Shown: positions 12,036 through 21,405 of the stretch, piece by piece | How positions within the stretch are numbered: the first letter of the stretch is position 1 | Layout: every line of letters starts with the position of its first letter | DNA from: an uncultured Acidobacteriota bacterium | GTDB lineage: Bacteria; Acidobacteriota; Thermoanaerobaculia; Multivoradales; UBA5704 | Direction: 5' to 3' | NCBI GenBank assembly: GCA_963698025.1 | Contig: OY969112.1 | Coordinates: forward strand, 1,684,455-1,748,454 | Length of the DNA: 64,000 nt | Notes under the pieces: model-generated | What the model saw: only the letters and a program-made list of their open reading frames with translations | The model's database searches: none | Told to the model about the DNA's origin: nothing | Program-made: the position numbers and the translations under genes

Positions 12036-12129
12036 CAGTTTGAATCCCTCCCCTGCCGGCACGGCCTTCGTGCCCGGCATCCGGCATTGTATTAGGATCT
12101 CGCCCAGGGAAGTCCGAAAGGAGACCGCC

Positions 12130-12903
12130 ATGTCCCGACGTGCCGCTCGAATCGCAGGATCGCTGTTGACCGCCACTATCGCCCTGGCGCCCCAGGTGGT
12201 TTTTTCCGTCCAGGATGCCGCTCAAGCCGCCCCGACGGCCGAGTCCGTCGCCGCCCACGTGATGCAGTCTCTCGGCGGCCAGCAGGCCTGGGACAACACG
12301 CACTACATCCGCTTCAACTTCGTCGGCCGCCGCACCCACTGGTGGGACAAGTGGACGGGGCGCCACCGGCTCGAGGGGCAGACCAAGGAGGGGCAGCACT
12401 ACGTGGTGCTGGAGAACGTCAACACCAAGGAGGGGACGGCCTGGCTCGACGGCAAGAAGCTCGAGGGGGAGAAGGCCAAGGAGATGGTCGACAACGCCTA
12501 CGGCGCCTGGGTGAACGACACCTACTGGCTGATCGAGCCCTACAAGCTCCGCGACCCCGGCGTGAACCTCTCCTACGCCGGCGAGGAGGCGATCGACGGC
12601 AAGACCTACGACAAGCTGGCGCTCAGCTTCGGCAAGGTCGGCCTCACCCCCGGCGACCACTACACGGTCTACGTCAACCGCGACACCGGTCTCGTGGACC
12701 GCTGGGCCTACGTCCTCCAGGACACGCCGAAGGGAGATCCGCCGACCGTCTGGCGCTGGGAGGGGTGGCAGAAGTACGGCAACATCATGCTCGCCCCGCA
12801 CCGCGTCCAGGTGGGCGCCGACCGCAAGCTGGAGCTCTCGGACATCGCGGTGATGGACCAGCTGCCGGACTCGGTGTTCGCGTCGCCCGACCCGGTGAAG
12901 TAG
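12130..12903 (+). CDS. Secreted beta-rich hypothetical protein
   Basis: AAGGAG RBS, signal peptide, strong GC3 codon bias; '[15 protein letters not shown]' and 'GLTPGD.Y' look like conserved family motifs. Confidence 0.85.
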   Translation: MSRRAARIAGSLLTATIALAPQVVFSVQDAAQAAPTAESVAAHVMQSLGGQQAWDNTHYIRFNFVGRRTHWWDKWTGRHRLEGQTKEGQHYVVLENVNTKEGTAWLDGKKLEGEKAKEMVDNAYGAWVNDTYWLIEPYKLRDPGVNLSYAGEEAIDGKTYDKLALSFGKVGLTPGDHYTVYVNRDTGLVDRWAYVLQDTPKGDPPTVWRWEGWQKYGNIMLAPHRVQVGADRKLELSDIAVMDQLPDSVFASPDPVK

Positions 12904-12911
12904 GTGGTTTC

Positions 12912-13367
12912 ATGCCCGGCCGTCTTCGCGCCATCTACGTGAAGCGCTTCAAGAAGGGTCCCATGGACCCGCGGGAGACGGCCACGCTGGTGGCCGGGAA
13001 GGGGATCGCCGGCAACGCCAACCAGGGGGGGCGCCGGCAGGTGATCCTCCTCGCCGAAGAGGGCTGGGCGGACGCCACGGCCGAGCTCGGCGCGGCGCTC
13101 GATCCCGCCACCCGCCGGGGCAACCTCCTCCTCTCCGGCATCGACCTCGACAAGACGCGCGAGCGCATCCTCCGCATCGGCCCCGTCCGCCTGCGCATCT
13201 GGAGCGAATGCGCCCCCTGCCGCCAGATGGACGAGGCGTTCGGCGGCCTGCGCAAAGCCCTGCGCCCCCACTGGCGGGGCGGCGCCTGCGCCGAGGTTCT
13301 CGAAGGTGGAGAGATCCGGATCGGCGACGAGGCCGTCTGGGAGAATTCCCAGCAGGAAATCTCATAG
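12912..13367 (+). CDS. MOSC-domain protein
   Basis: 'RQV.L', 'RRGNLL.SG.DL', 'C.PC..MD', 'GG.IRIGD'. Confidence 0.88.
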   Translation: MPGRLRAIYVKRFKKGPMDPRETATLVAGKGIAGNANQGGRRQVILLAEEGWADATAELGAALDPATRRGNLLLSGIDLDKTRERILRIGPVRLRIWSECAPCRQMDEAFGGLRKALRPHWRGGACAEVLEGGEIRIGDEAVWENSQQEIS

Positions 13368-13575
13368 GGGGAGACTCCCCTCCCATAACCCGCGAAAAAA
13401 TCTCAAAGGGCGAGGCTCCCCTCCCAAGTTTTCTTCGAAAAGTTCGGAGGGGATCTCTCCCCTTCCAACTTTCCTTCCACAATTTCGAAGGGGAAGGCTC
13501 CCCTCCCAACTTTCTTCGCGGAATTTCGGAGGGCAGGCTTCCCTTTCGAGATTTTCGGCCGCAATCTCCAGAGAG
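13357..13575. repeat. Degenerate tandem array, 41-bp period, about 5.5 units
   Basis: AGGG core recurs at 13366, 13407, 13448, 13489 and 13530; each unit has an (G)AGGG..CCCCT(T/C)C palindrome plus an AT-rich half. Confidence 0.75.
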
Positions 13576-13615
13576 CAGACGCCAGACGGCCTTCGGGCGC
13601 TCGCCCTAGCCTGGA

Positions 13616-13823
13616 GGCCCAACGGGCTGTTTTCCCTCAGCCCAGGGCAGCGCCCTGGGCTTGGCCGTCTCCTCATGACCTGTTGCGGCCTGAAGGGTCG
13701 CGTTATCGGTTCGGTGAAAATCCGGACCGCCAGGTTAGCCCGGCCCTTCAGGCCGCGTCACCTTTCAGGGTCCCCTCGGAACCCAGGGCGGTGCCCTGGG
13801 CTGAGGAAGCCCGGGCCATTGGC
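13616..13823. repeat. Nested inverted-repeat REP/BIME-like element
   Basis: CAGCCCAGGGCAGCGCCCTGGG ... GGCCTGAAGGG/CCCTTCAGGCC ... CCCAGGGCGGTGCCCTGGGCTG. Confidence 0.75.
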
Positions 13824-13938
13824 CCGGTAATGCGGTGATGTCGCCGGGGCGGCCGCATAGGGTCGTCGCCCACAAAGAACCCGTCAATTCAGGTTGACGG
13901 TGCACCAGCCTGCCGTCACCTTGACGCAACGGGTTTCC

Positions 13939-14106
13939 ATGGACGAAGATCTTTCCATGATCCCGATCGTTACCCAGAAGAACATGGTCCGGGTGATTCC
14001 TGACCGTGGGGAGCGCGCGCGCCGTCTGCTGGGTGCCAGCCGCAGGTTCTCACCGGATCGCGATGCCGTGGCCGAGCTCGTGGCGGAGCGCGCGGCCGAA
14101 GGGTAA
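13939..14106 (+). CDS. Small antitoxin-like protein or fragment (orphan)
   Basis: C-terminal 'RDAVAELVAERAAE' resembles VapB/AbrB antitoxin tails; no toxin follows. Confidence 0.4.
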   Translation: MDEDLSMIPIVTQKNMVRVIPDRGERARRLLGASRRFSPDRDAVAELVAERAAEG

Positions 14107-14126
14107 ATGCTCTTCCCAAGACGCTT

Positions 14127-15080
14127 CTAGATCCCGAAATCCTCCCCCTCCTCCGCCATCCGGAACCCGCGCGCCTCGATCGCCTTCCGTGCCGCTCCGT
14201 CCTTCTCGAGCGCGGGGTTGGAGTGATTGAGGTGGGTGAAACAGACTCGCACCTTCCCCGCCTTCACCAGCGGCTCCAGCAGGTCCATGGTCGCGGTGAT
14301 CAGTGGGTGCTTGATCTTGGTGACGTCCCGGTCGGGCAATTCATCCGCGGAGTAGAAGGTGCCGTCGAGGAGGGCGACGTCCACCTTCTCGTCGCGGAGC
14401 ACGTCGGTCAGCGGCCTGGACCAGGCTTTCCAGGAGTCGGTGTCGGGGACGTAGAGGAGGGTCTTCCTGGGTCCCCGGATGAGAAAGGCCATGGTGTCGC
14501 TGTACTCGTCCCGATGCGGCACCTGGAGCGGCTTGACCGAGACCCCCGCCTCGAGATCGAAGGGCTGGCCCGGCTGGAATTCGCGCAGGGCGATGTTCTC
14601 CAGGCGGACCAGCTGGCTCCAGGGACCGTTCGCGCGCAGGTAGGCGGCCATGCGCGGCGAGGCCCAGACGGGGATGCCCCTGGTGTTGAGGCTCTCGAAG
14701 CCGAAATGGGCGAGGCCCAGATAGTGACCGATGTGGGCGTGGGTGAGCAGGACGCCGTCGACCGGCGCGCGGTCCACCTTCCCTTTGGGATAAGGGCGGA
14801 AGGCGTGGATCGCCTCGACCTGGGCCGGGAGGTCCGGCGTGGCGTCCACCAGATAGACGTGGTCCGTCTGCGGAAAGTGGATCGCCAGGCTCGCGACGTG
14901 GCGGGCGAGCGCCGGATTTTTCCGCGCCGCCGAGCAGTGCGAGCAGTCGCACCCCGTCTGCGGCATGCCGCCGTCCTGGGCGATGCCGAGGACGACGACG
15001 CGAGGGGGTGGAGTGGGCGCGGCGGCGAGCGTGGCGAGCGTGGCAAGAAGAAGGAACGGGAGCAGCAGAATGGACCTCAT
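14127..15080 (-). CDS. PqqB-like MBL-fold metallo-hydrolase with signal peptide
   Basis: 'LGIAQDGG.PQ.GC.C..C', THAHIGHY, 'THLNHSNP'. Confidence 0.88.
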   Translation of the reverse strand: MRSILLLPFLLLATLATLAAAPTPPPRVVVLGIAQDGGMPQTGCDCSHCSAARKNPALARHVASLAIHFPQTDHVYLVDATPDLPAQVEAIHAFRPYPKGKVDRAPVDGVLLTHAHIGHYLGLAHFGFESLNTRGIPVWASPRMAAYLRANGPWSQLVRLENIALREFQPGQPFDLEAGVSVKPLQVPHRDEYSDTMAFLIRGPRKTLLYVPDTDSWKAWSRPLTDVLRDEKVDVALLDGTFYSADELPDRDVTKIKHPLITATMDLLEPLVKAGKVRVCFTHLNHSNPALEKDGAARKAIEARGFRMAEEGEDFGI

Positions 15081-15126
15081 GGCTTGATTGTGTACCGGAG
15101 CCCCCCTCCGGATAAACTTCCCGCCC

Positions 15127-16743
15127 ATGGCCGACGCCCTCTCCCCCGCCCATTTCGCCCGCGCCAGGAAGATCCGGCGAGCTCAGAGGCCCGTGGAGCC
15201 GCCGGCGGCCGCCACGGTTGAGACGCCGGGGCGGATTCCACCCGTGGTCCGGCTCGTGCTGGCCGGCGTGGCGGTGGTGCTCCTGTTTTTCGGCCAGCGG
15301 CTGCAGAACCCCCAGCCGTGGTCCTATGACGAGTACTACCACCTCGGGCTGGCCCGCGAGATGCTCTCCTCGGGCCTGCGCATGGAGTCGTTCCGCTGGA
15401 CGCCGTTCTCGATCACCTTCGACCACTTCGCGGACGGCGAGCCGCTGTTTCACGTCCTGCTCCTCCCCTTCGCCCGGCTCCCCCTGCAGACCGCCGGGCT
15501 GCTCGGGGTCCTGCTCGGCCAGATCTTCCTGGTCGGCTCGTTCGCGGCGGCGCTCTGGATCGTGCGCGCGCCGCGCCCCTGGTGGTTCGTGATCGCGCTC
15601 GGCGGTCTCGGTACGCTGTTCGCCCAGCGGATGGAGATGTGCCGGCCGCACGTCTGGCTGATCGGATTCTCGGTGCTGGTGGCGGCCCTGCTGGTGGAGC
15701 GGCGGTGGAAGGCACTGTTCGTGGTCTGCGCCCTCTTCGCGTTGACTCACGCGGGGGCGTGGATCGCGATCCCCCTGGCGATCCTCTGGTCGCTCTCCGG
15801 CCTGATGGCCCACGAGGGGTCCGCCGAGCCGGGCGAGCGCCGCATCCCCTGGCAGCCGGTCGCCGTGGCGGCGGGCGGATGGCTCCTGGGGCAGCTCGTG
15901 CATCCGGACGTGCCGGAGAACTTCCGGCTGTTCGTGATCACCAACTTCGTCATCCCCTTCCAGGCCGCCACCGCCAGCAACGCGGCCCTGCACTCGCAGC
16001 TCGGAACGGAGCTCTCCCCGCCCGGGCTCGACCTGCTGCTGGAGCAGTGGACGGCGTTCATCCCCCCGGTCCTGGTCGCGATCGCGCTGCTCTCCCACCC
16101 CCGGCTGCGCAGCCGGGCGACGCTGACGGTGGGCCTCACCTCCCTCGCCTTCCTCCTCGCCGGCAGCCTGGTCATCCGCCGGTTCTTCGAGCTGGGGGCG
16201 CCGCTGGCGCTGCTCGCCCTGGCGCTGGTGGCGCGGGAGTGGCGGGCTCGCAGGCTGCCGCCGCCGCTGCCCGGCTGGGGGCGGCTGCTGGCCGGGACGG
16301 CGATCGTCCTGGGGATCCTCTGGACCTTCCTGGGGCTGCGCGCCCACGGCGTCCAGAACGCCTCGGCGCCGCTCGGGATGGCCGCCTGGCTGGGCGAGCA
16401 CGGCACGGCCGGGGAGCGCGTCTTCACCGCCCAGTGGGGGGACTCGGCTCCGCTGTTCTATTTCGCGCCGCAGCTCCAGTCGCTGGTGGCGCTCGACCCC
16501 ACCGCGTTCTATCTCAAGGACCCGCGGCTCTTCGCGGCCTACGTGAACGTGGTCTCCGGGCAGGACCCCGATCCGGCCCGCACCATCCGCGAGCGGTTCG
16601 GGGCGCGGTGGGTGACGATCCCGCCGTCGCTCTATCCGCAGTTCCTGAACCGTCTCGCCCAGGCGCCCGGCGCCCAGGCCCTCTACGGGGACGAGAATTA
16701 CTGGGTCGTGGATCTCGGGACGGCCGGTCTCGGGAAGCCCTGA
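15127..16743 (+). CDS. Polytopic membrane protein (GT-C glycosyltransferase-like)
   Basis: More than 10 hydrophobic segments; 'YDEYYH' acidic motif after TM1. Confidence 0.75.
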   Translation: MADALSPAHFARARKIRRAQRPVEPPAAATVETPGRIPPVVRLVLAGVAVVLLFFGQRLQNPQPWSYDEYYHLGLAREMLSSGLRMESFRWTPFSITFDHFADGEPLFHVLLLPFARLPLQTAGLLGVLLGQIFLVGSFAAALWIVRAPRPWWFVIALGGLGTLFAQRMEMCRPHVWLIGFSVLVAALLVERRWKALFVVCALFALTHAGAWIAIPLAILWSLSGLMAHEGSAEPGERRIPWQPVAVAAGGWLLGQLVHPDVPENFRLFVITNFVIPFQAATASNAALHSQLGTELSPPGLDLLLEQWTAFIPPVLVAIALLSHPRLRSRATLTVGLTSLAFLLAGSLVIRRFFELGAPLALLALALVAREWRARRLPPPLPGWGRLLAGTAIVLGILWTFLGLRAHGVQNASAPLGMAAWLGEHGTAGERVFTAQWGDSAPLFYFAPQLQSLVALDPTAFYLKDPRLFAAYVNVVSGQDPDPARTIRERFGARWVTIPPSLYPQFLNRLAQAPGAQALYGDENYWVVDLGTAGLGKP

Positions 16744-16757
16744 GCTAGACTGCCCGC

Positions 16758-17645
16758 ATGCGCGTCATCTCGCTCGTCCCCAACGGCACGGAGATCCTGT
16801 TCGCGGTCGGCGCGGGGGACCTCGTGGTCGGCGTCAGCCACGAGTGCGACTATCCGGCGGCGGCGCGGACGCGGCCGATCCTCACCGGCAGCGCGCTGAC
16901 GCCGGGAATGAGCGCCGCCGAGGTGGACGCCGCCGTCTCCAGCCAGGTCGGGAGCGGCCTCAGCCTCTACACGCTCGACGAGGCGCGGATCGCCGAGCTG
17001 GCGCCGGACGTGATCGTCACCCAGCAGCTCTGCCCGGTCTGCGCCGTCTCGACGGAGCAGGTGGACGGCGCCGTCCGCCCCCTCCCCCGCTGCCCCGAGC
17101 TGGTGTCGCTCGACCCGCGGACGATCGGCGAGGTCTTCGCGGACATCCGCCGGGTGGGCGAGGTCACCGGCCACACGCCTGAGGCCGAAGCGCTCCTCGG
17201 CGACCTGGAGCGGCGGCTGGCGGCGGTGCGCGCGGCGGTCGCGGATCACTCCCGTCCGCGCGTGCTGGCGCTCGAATGGCTCGATCCGCCGTTCGCCGGC
17301 GGCCACTGGGTGCCAGAGATGATCGATCTCGCGGGGGGCGTCGACGCCGTCGCCGAGCCCGGCGGCCACTCCGCCCGCCTCACCTGGGAGCAGGTCGCGG
17401 CGGCGGACCCGGACGTGATCGTGGTCATGCCCTGCGGCTTCGACGAGGCGGGAGCCCGCGAGCAGATCGGCACGATCGCCGGCTGCCCCGAGTGGCGCGC
17501 GCTGCGGGCGGTGCGCGAGGGGCGGGTCCACCCCGTGGACGCCAACGGCTGCTTCAGCCGTCCCGGCCCACGGCTGGTGGACGGCATCGAGCGGCTGGCA
17601 GCAATCTTCCACCCGGCCGGAAATCCTCCGGCTCCATCCGTCTAA
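16758..17645 (+). CDS. Cobalamin/iron-siderophore substrate-binding family protein
   Basis: 'RVISLVP..TEILFA.G....VGVSHECDYP', 'SRPGPRLVDG.E.LA'. Confidence 0.9.
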   Translation: MRVISLVPNGTEILFAVGAGDLVVGVSHECDYPAAARTRPILTGSALTPGMSAAEVDAAVSSQVGSGLSLYTLDEARIAELAPDVIVTQQLCPVCAVSTEQVDGAVRPLPRCPELVSLDPRTIGEVFADIRRVGEVTGHTPEAEALLGDLERRLAAVRAAVADHSRPRVLALEWLDPPFAGGHWVPEMIDLAGGVDAVAEPGGHSARLTWEQVAAADPDVIVVMPCGFDEAGAREQIGTIAGCPEWRALRAVREGRVHPVDANGCFSRPGPRLVDGIERLAAIFHPAGNPPAPSV

Positions 17646-17676
17646 ACCTTCAAGGCCCGACCGGGGTCTATCAGTT

Positions 17677-17780
17677 CTGCGGGGAGGGCTCAGCGTGAAC
17701 CCGATCCGCAGGCTGGTCCCCCAGACCGGCCTCCTCGTCAGACGCTCTCGGCACCGACCGCACGAGAGCGTCCTTTTTCT
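17677..17780 (+). ncRNA. Candidate sRNA B (two hairpins, CCUCCUC, terminator)
   Basis: CTGCGG..CCGCAG stem; GCTGGTC/GACCGGC stem; CTCCTC at 17731-17736; GACGCTCTCG/CGAGAGCGTC plus T5; upstream AAACCT-N17-TCTAT. Confidence 0.5.
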
Positions 17781-17789
17781 ATGGGGGGA

Positions 17790-17914
17790 CCCTCATCACC
17801 CCGGCCCTCTTCTCCCGACCCGGGAGAAGAGGGAGAAAAACGCCGGATCAAGGGGGTTGATGGCGGGCGGGGGTGCCCCTCTCCCGGGTCGGGAGAGGGG
17901 GTCAGGGGTGAGGG
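17790..17914. repeat. CCCTC-ACCCC/GGGAGAGGG palindromic intergenic repeat (REP/MITE-like), copy 1
   Basis: Terminal inverted CCCTCA..CCCC / GGGGTGAGGG; same family at 21406, 52658 and 58282. Confidence 0.8.
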
Positions 17915-17915
17915 C

Positions 17916-19535
17916 CTACCGCGGCGGTTCCTGCGGGTAGATCCCCGGCTCTTCCCACCGCGGCTCGGCCGGGCTGGTCAGGGGGTCGGTCAGCGGCAGG
18001 GGCTCCACCGGCAGGGTGGGGGACCCCGGCGGCACCGGAGCTCCCCGCTGTGGCCAGTAGCCGGGCGCGAGCCCGAGCCGGGCCAGGAGGACGGCGCCGA
18101 AGCCCATGACCAGGGCGGTCGTCGTGATCAGCGCTCCGAACAGCGAGGTCACGAACCCGAAGATCCCCAGAGGCCCGGGCAGCAGGTCGAGCAGATTGCC
18201 CAGCACATGCCAGCCCTGCAGCGCCACGACGCCCACCAGGGCCGCGGCATAGGGACCGCCGAAGCCGCGGTTGAAGCGGGTCTCCAGAAAGCGCCCCAGC
18301 CGGTACGCCGCCGCGGCGTAGCCGAGCAGGAGGAGCAGCCCCACGTAGAGGAAAAGGAACGGGTAGAGCAGGAACAGCACGCAGCCGACGATGGTGATCG
18401 CCAGCAGGATCGTCACCACGATCAGCAGCGGCCAGAAGAAGATCGAGCCCAGGAGCCCCACCAGCGCCGCCCGCCACGGCTGCGCCGTGAGCTGACGGTC
18501 CACCCGCTCGAGCGGCCGGCGCGCCACCAGTACCACCAGGCAGACCAGCAGACCGGTGAGGATGAGGCTCATCAGGCTGCCCAGCAGGTCGGACACGCCG
18601 TTCCAGAGGCCCCAGTGGCCGCCCCAGAGAGGACCGGTCCGGAAGCCCCGGTGATGGCGCAGGAAGGGGAGCATGCCGACCTGGGATTTGGCGCCCTGGA
18701 TCACCGAGCCCGGCTCCTGCTCGATGCTGCCGCCGACGCTGGTGACGTCCCCCTCGACGACCGCGTGGGGACCGAGATAGACGCTGCTGCCGACGCTGAC
18801 CACGTCGCCGCCCACCCTCCCCTCGATGCGCACCGGGCCGCCGATGGCGGTGACGTCGTGGCTCACCTCCCCCGCCACCTCGACCGAGCCGCCGACCGCG
18901 ACCGCTTCGTCGGCCGTCTCGTCGCGCCGCACGCTGACGCTGCCGCCCACGTTCACCCGGCTGCCGGAAGTGTGGCGCTCCGCGGACCTGGGCGGCACCG
19001 GGGGCTCAGGAGCCTCGACCGTGGGCTCGGTCTCGGTCACGTCGGTGTCGGAGGTCGCCTCCTCCGAGGTCTCCGGCTCCGCCGCGGAGGTCTCGGGCGT
19101 CGCGGCCGGCGGCTTGGCGGCGGTCTCCTCGCCGAGCCCGAGGAGCTGGCGCTGATCGGCGGCGGAGAGACCCTGCAGACGGATCACCGCGTCGGCATCC
19201 ACGCCAAGCCAGTCGCGAAGGATATGCGCGTTCACCGGCTCGCCGTTGACGGCGATCTGGCCGCCGGTCACCTCGATGGTGCGGATGCCCGCCTTGGCCT
19301 GGCGGGGCTTGAGCAGAACGCCGCCGCTGACCGGCAGCACCTCGTAGCGGCTTTCGAGCGCCCGGCGAAGATCGCTCTTCTCCTGCGCCGTGGCCGGGGG
19401 GCGGTCGGTGGATTGCGGAGCCGGCGCGGCGTACGCCGCACCGGTGAAGGCAAATCCGAGAACGAGAAGGAGGATCGCCGCGGCTTGCGGGGATCTCTTC
19501 CCGAAGAATCGCCGGAAACGGTCAGGGGTCCACAT
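17916..19535 (-). CDS. Membrane protein with bactofilin-like beta-helix and multi-TM C-terminus
   Basis: 'VAVGGSVEVAGEV..DV.AIGG.V.I.G.V.GDVVSVG' repeats, Pro/Glu/Thr linker, about 6 TMs. Confidence 0.82.
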   Translation of the reverse strand: MWTPDRFRRFFGKRSPQAAAILLLVLGFAFTGAAYAAPAPQSTDRPPATAQEKSDLRRALESRYEVLPVSGGVLLKPRQAKAGIRTIEVTGGQIAVNGEPVNAHILRDWLGVDADAVIRLQGLSAADQRQLLGLGEETAAKPPAATPETSAAEPETSEEATSDTDVTETEPTVEAPEPPVPPRSAERHTSGSRVNVGGSVSVRRDETADEAVAVGGSVEVAGEVSHDVTAIGGPVRIEGRVGGDVVSVGSSVYLGPHAVVEGDVTSVGGSIEQEPGSVIQGAKSQVGMLPFLRHHRGFRTGPLWGGHWGLWNGVSDLLGSLMSLILTGLLVCLVVLVARRPLERVDRQLTAQPWRAALVGLLGSIFFWPLLIVVTILLAITIVGCVLFLLYPFLFLYVGLLLLLGYAAAAYRLGRFLETRFNRGFGGPYAAALVGVVALQGWHVLGNLLDLLPGPLGIFGFVTSLFGALITTTALVMGFGAVLLARLGLAPGYWPQRGAPVPPGSPTLPVEPLPLTDPLTSPAEPRWEEPGIYPQEPPR

Positions 19536-19538
19536 GGG

Positions 19539-20090
19539 TCAATTCCTCTCACCCGTCGATGGGTCGCGGAGATAGCTGGTCACGGAGAGCTGGTCACGGA
19601 GATAACGGAACGCCAGGCTCGAAGCGAGCAGAGCGGCCACCAGGATCGCCATCACCTGCGGCACCGCGAGCGGCTGGGCGAGCGCCCGGACGATCGTCAG
19701 CAGGAGGTCCCAGAGGCGCAGGAGCGAGGCCAGCCCGTGAGCCGCCTCGGCCGTCGCCCGGATCCCGGTCCGCACCAGGCCGCCGACCGACCAGAGCCCC
19801 GCCAGGGCGCTCAGCACCGGCGGCAGCCAGAGCGCGCCGAAGCCGGTGGCGGCGAGGCAGAGCGCGAGCACGATCCGCAACGGACGCCAGGCGAACGGGT
19901 CCGCCGGCGCGGCCGCCGGCAGCCCGGCCCGGACGAGCACCCGGTCGGCGAAGCCGGCCGGAGGCGCGGCCATGGTGACCTCAGGCAGCGCCTCGAACAG
20001 CGCGAGCAGAGCGGCCTCGGCCTCGCCGGTCCGGTCGTTCCGCTCGGCGTCGAGCCAGCGGTCCAGTGCGTCTTGGTGGGAATGGCGCAT
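19539..20090 (-). CDS. Probable membrane anti-sigma factor
   Basis: AGGAG RBS; 'PPAGFADRV' motif typical of anti-sigma proteins; TMs; directly follows the ECF sigma gene. Confidence 0.7.
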   Translation of the reverse strand: MRHSHQDALDRWLDAERNDRTGEAEAALLALFEALPEVTMAAPPAGFADRVLVRAGLPAAAPADPFAWRPLRIVLALCLAATGFGALWLPPVLSALAGLWSVGGLVRTGIRATAEAAHGLASLLRLWDLLLTIVRALAQPLAVPQVMAILVAALLASSLAFRYLRDQLSVTSYLRDPSTGERN

Positions 20091-20112
20091 CCATCGTTCT
20101 CCTATGAACGCC

Positions 20113-20715
20113 CTACGAGGCCGCCGCCCGGCCGGTTTCACCGGGTCCCCACCCGGAGCCGGCCATCTCCTGGGCGAGCTCCTTGCGCGCCCGGTGGAGG
20201 TTCGTCTTCACGGTGCCGAGCGGCAGGCCGGTGACCTCGCAGATCTCCTGATACGAGGCGCCGTGGACGTAGAACATCAAAACCGCCTCCCGGTAGTCCG
20301 GGCGCAGGTGGGAGATGGCGCGCTCGAGCGACCGCGCGAGGTCCCGCCGCTCCGCCCTGGCGTGCGGGCTGGCGACCGTCTCGTCGGCGAGGACGGCGGC
20401 GAGGCTCCCGCGGTCGTCGTCCGCCCCGGTCTCCAGCGGCACCGTCTCCAGCACCCCGCGGCGGAGGTGGTCGATGGTCGTGTTGTGCGCGATCTTGAAC
20501 AGCCAGCTCGAGAACTTCCACCCCGGGTCGTAGGTGTCGAGGCGCCGGAACGCCTTGACGAAGACCTCCTGCGCCAGGTCCTCGGCGGTGGCGGAGTCCT
20601 GGACCATGCGCAGCACCAGGCTGTAGACGGGGCGCTCGAACCGCGTCACCAGCTCGCGGCAGGCGTCCTGCGAGCCCCGGAGGGCGCTGGTGACCAGCTC
20701 GGCGTCGGTTCTCAT
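20113..20715 (-). CDS. ECF RNA polymerase sigma factor (SigW/SigE-like)
   Basis: 'AEDLAQEVFVKA', 'FSSWLFKIAHN..ID.LRR', 'GTVKTNLHRAR'. Confidence 0.95.
   Translation of the reverse strand: MRTDAELVTSALRGSQDACRELVTRFERPVYSLVLRMVQDSATAEDLAQEVFVKAFRRLDTYDPGWKFSSWLFKIAHNTTIDHLRRGVLETVPLETGADDDRGSLAAVLADETVASPHARAERRDLARSLERAISHLRPDYREAVLMFYVHGASYQEICEVTGLPLGTVKTNLHRARKELAQEMAGSGWGPGETGRAAAS
20114..20140 (-). promoter_or_regulatory. SigW-type ECF promoter inside the sigma gene 3' end
   Basis: TGAAAC-N17-CGTA on the minus strand, upstream of the anti-sigma start. Confidence 0.55.
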
Positions 20716-20743
20716 TCCTTCTCAGATACCATCCGGTCCCAGA

Positions 20744-20769
20744 TACGGCCCCCCGGCCCCCGGGTTGCG
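20744..20769 (-). promoter_or_regulatory. Candidate autoregulatory ECF promoter
   Basis: CGCAAC-N16-CGTA upstream of the sigma ATG. Confidence 0.5.
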
Positions 20770-20839
20770 CCTCCCCTTGTGGCGGGGTGCTAGACTCCCC
20801 GCAAATCCCCAGTGCCAACTTTTGCCGGAGGATATCCCG

Positions 20840-21403
20840 ATGCGCATCGCCACGACCGCCCTCCTTACCCTGTCTCTCGCTTTGCCAGCCCTGCCGGCCG
20901 GCGCCGCCTCGCTCGCCGGAGCCACCCTGCCCGACAAGGTCGAGGCCGGGGGGCAGACCCTGGTGCTCAACGGCCTGGGCCTGCGCTCGAAGTTCTTCAT
21001 CAAGGTATACGTCGGCGCCCTCTATCTCCCCCAGAAGGAGAAGGCCGCGGCCAAGGTGATGGCGCAGGACGCGCCGCGCCGCATGGTCATGCACTTCCTC
21101 TACGGCGTCAGCAAGGAGCAGATGTGCGACGCCTGGAAAGAGGGGCTGGAGCAGAATACCCCCAAGGCGGCGGCCGACGTCAAGAAGTCGTTCGCCACGC
21201 TCTGCGGCTGGATGGAGCCGATCCCGAAGGGGAACGAGCTGGTGCTGACCTACACCCCCGGCAAGGGGACCGAGGTCGAGGTCAACGGCAAGTCGAAGGG
21301 GACCCTCGACGGCAAGCCCACCGCCGACGCCGTCCTCGGCACCTGGATCGGACCGGATCCCGGCCCGGGCGGGGACTTCAAGAAGGCCGTGCTCGGGGGG
21401 TAG
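20840..21403 (+). CDS. Chalcone-isomerase-like secreted protein
   Basis: GGAGG RBS, signal peptide, 'LVLNG.GLR.KFFIKVYVGALYL'. Confidence 0.9.
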   Translation: MRIATTALLTLSLALPALPAGAASLAGATLPDKVEAGGQTLVLNGLGLRSKFFIKVYVGALYLPQKEKAAAKVMAQDAPRRMVMHFLYGVSKEQMCDAWKEGLEQNTPKAAADVKKSFATLCGWMEPIPKGNELVLTYTPGKGTEVEVNGKSKGTLDGKPTADAVLGTWIGPDPGPGGDFKKAVLGG

Positions 21404-21405
21404 GG

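Noticed and set aside
13357-13575. CRISPR interpretation of this array and of 40298-40465
   Set aside because: No invariant repeat with unique spacers; unit lengths are too short; no cas genes
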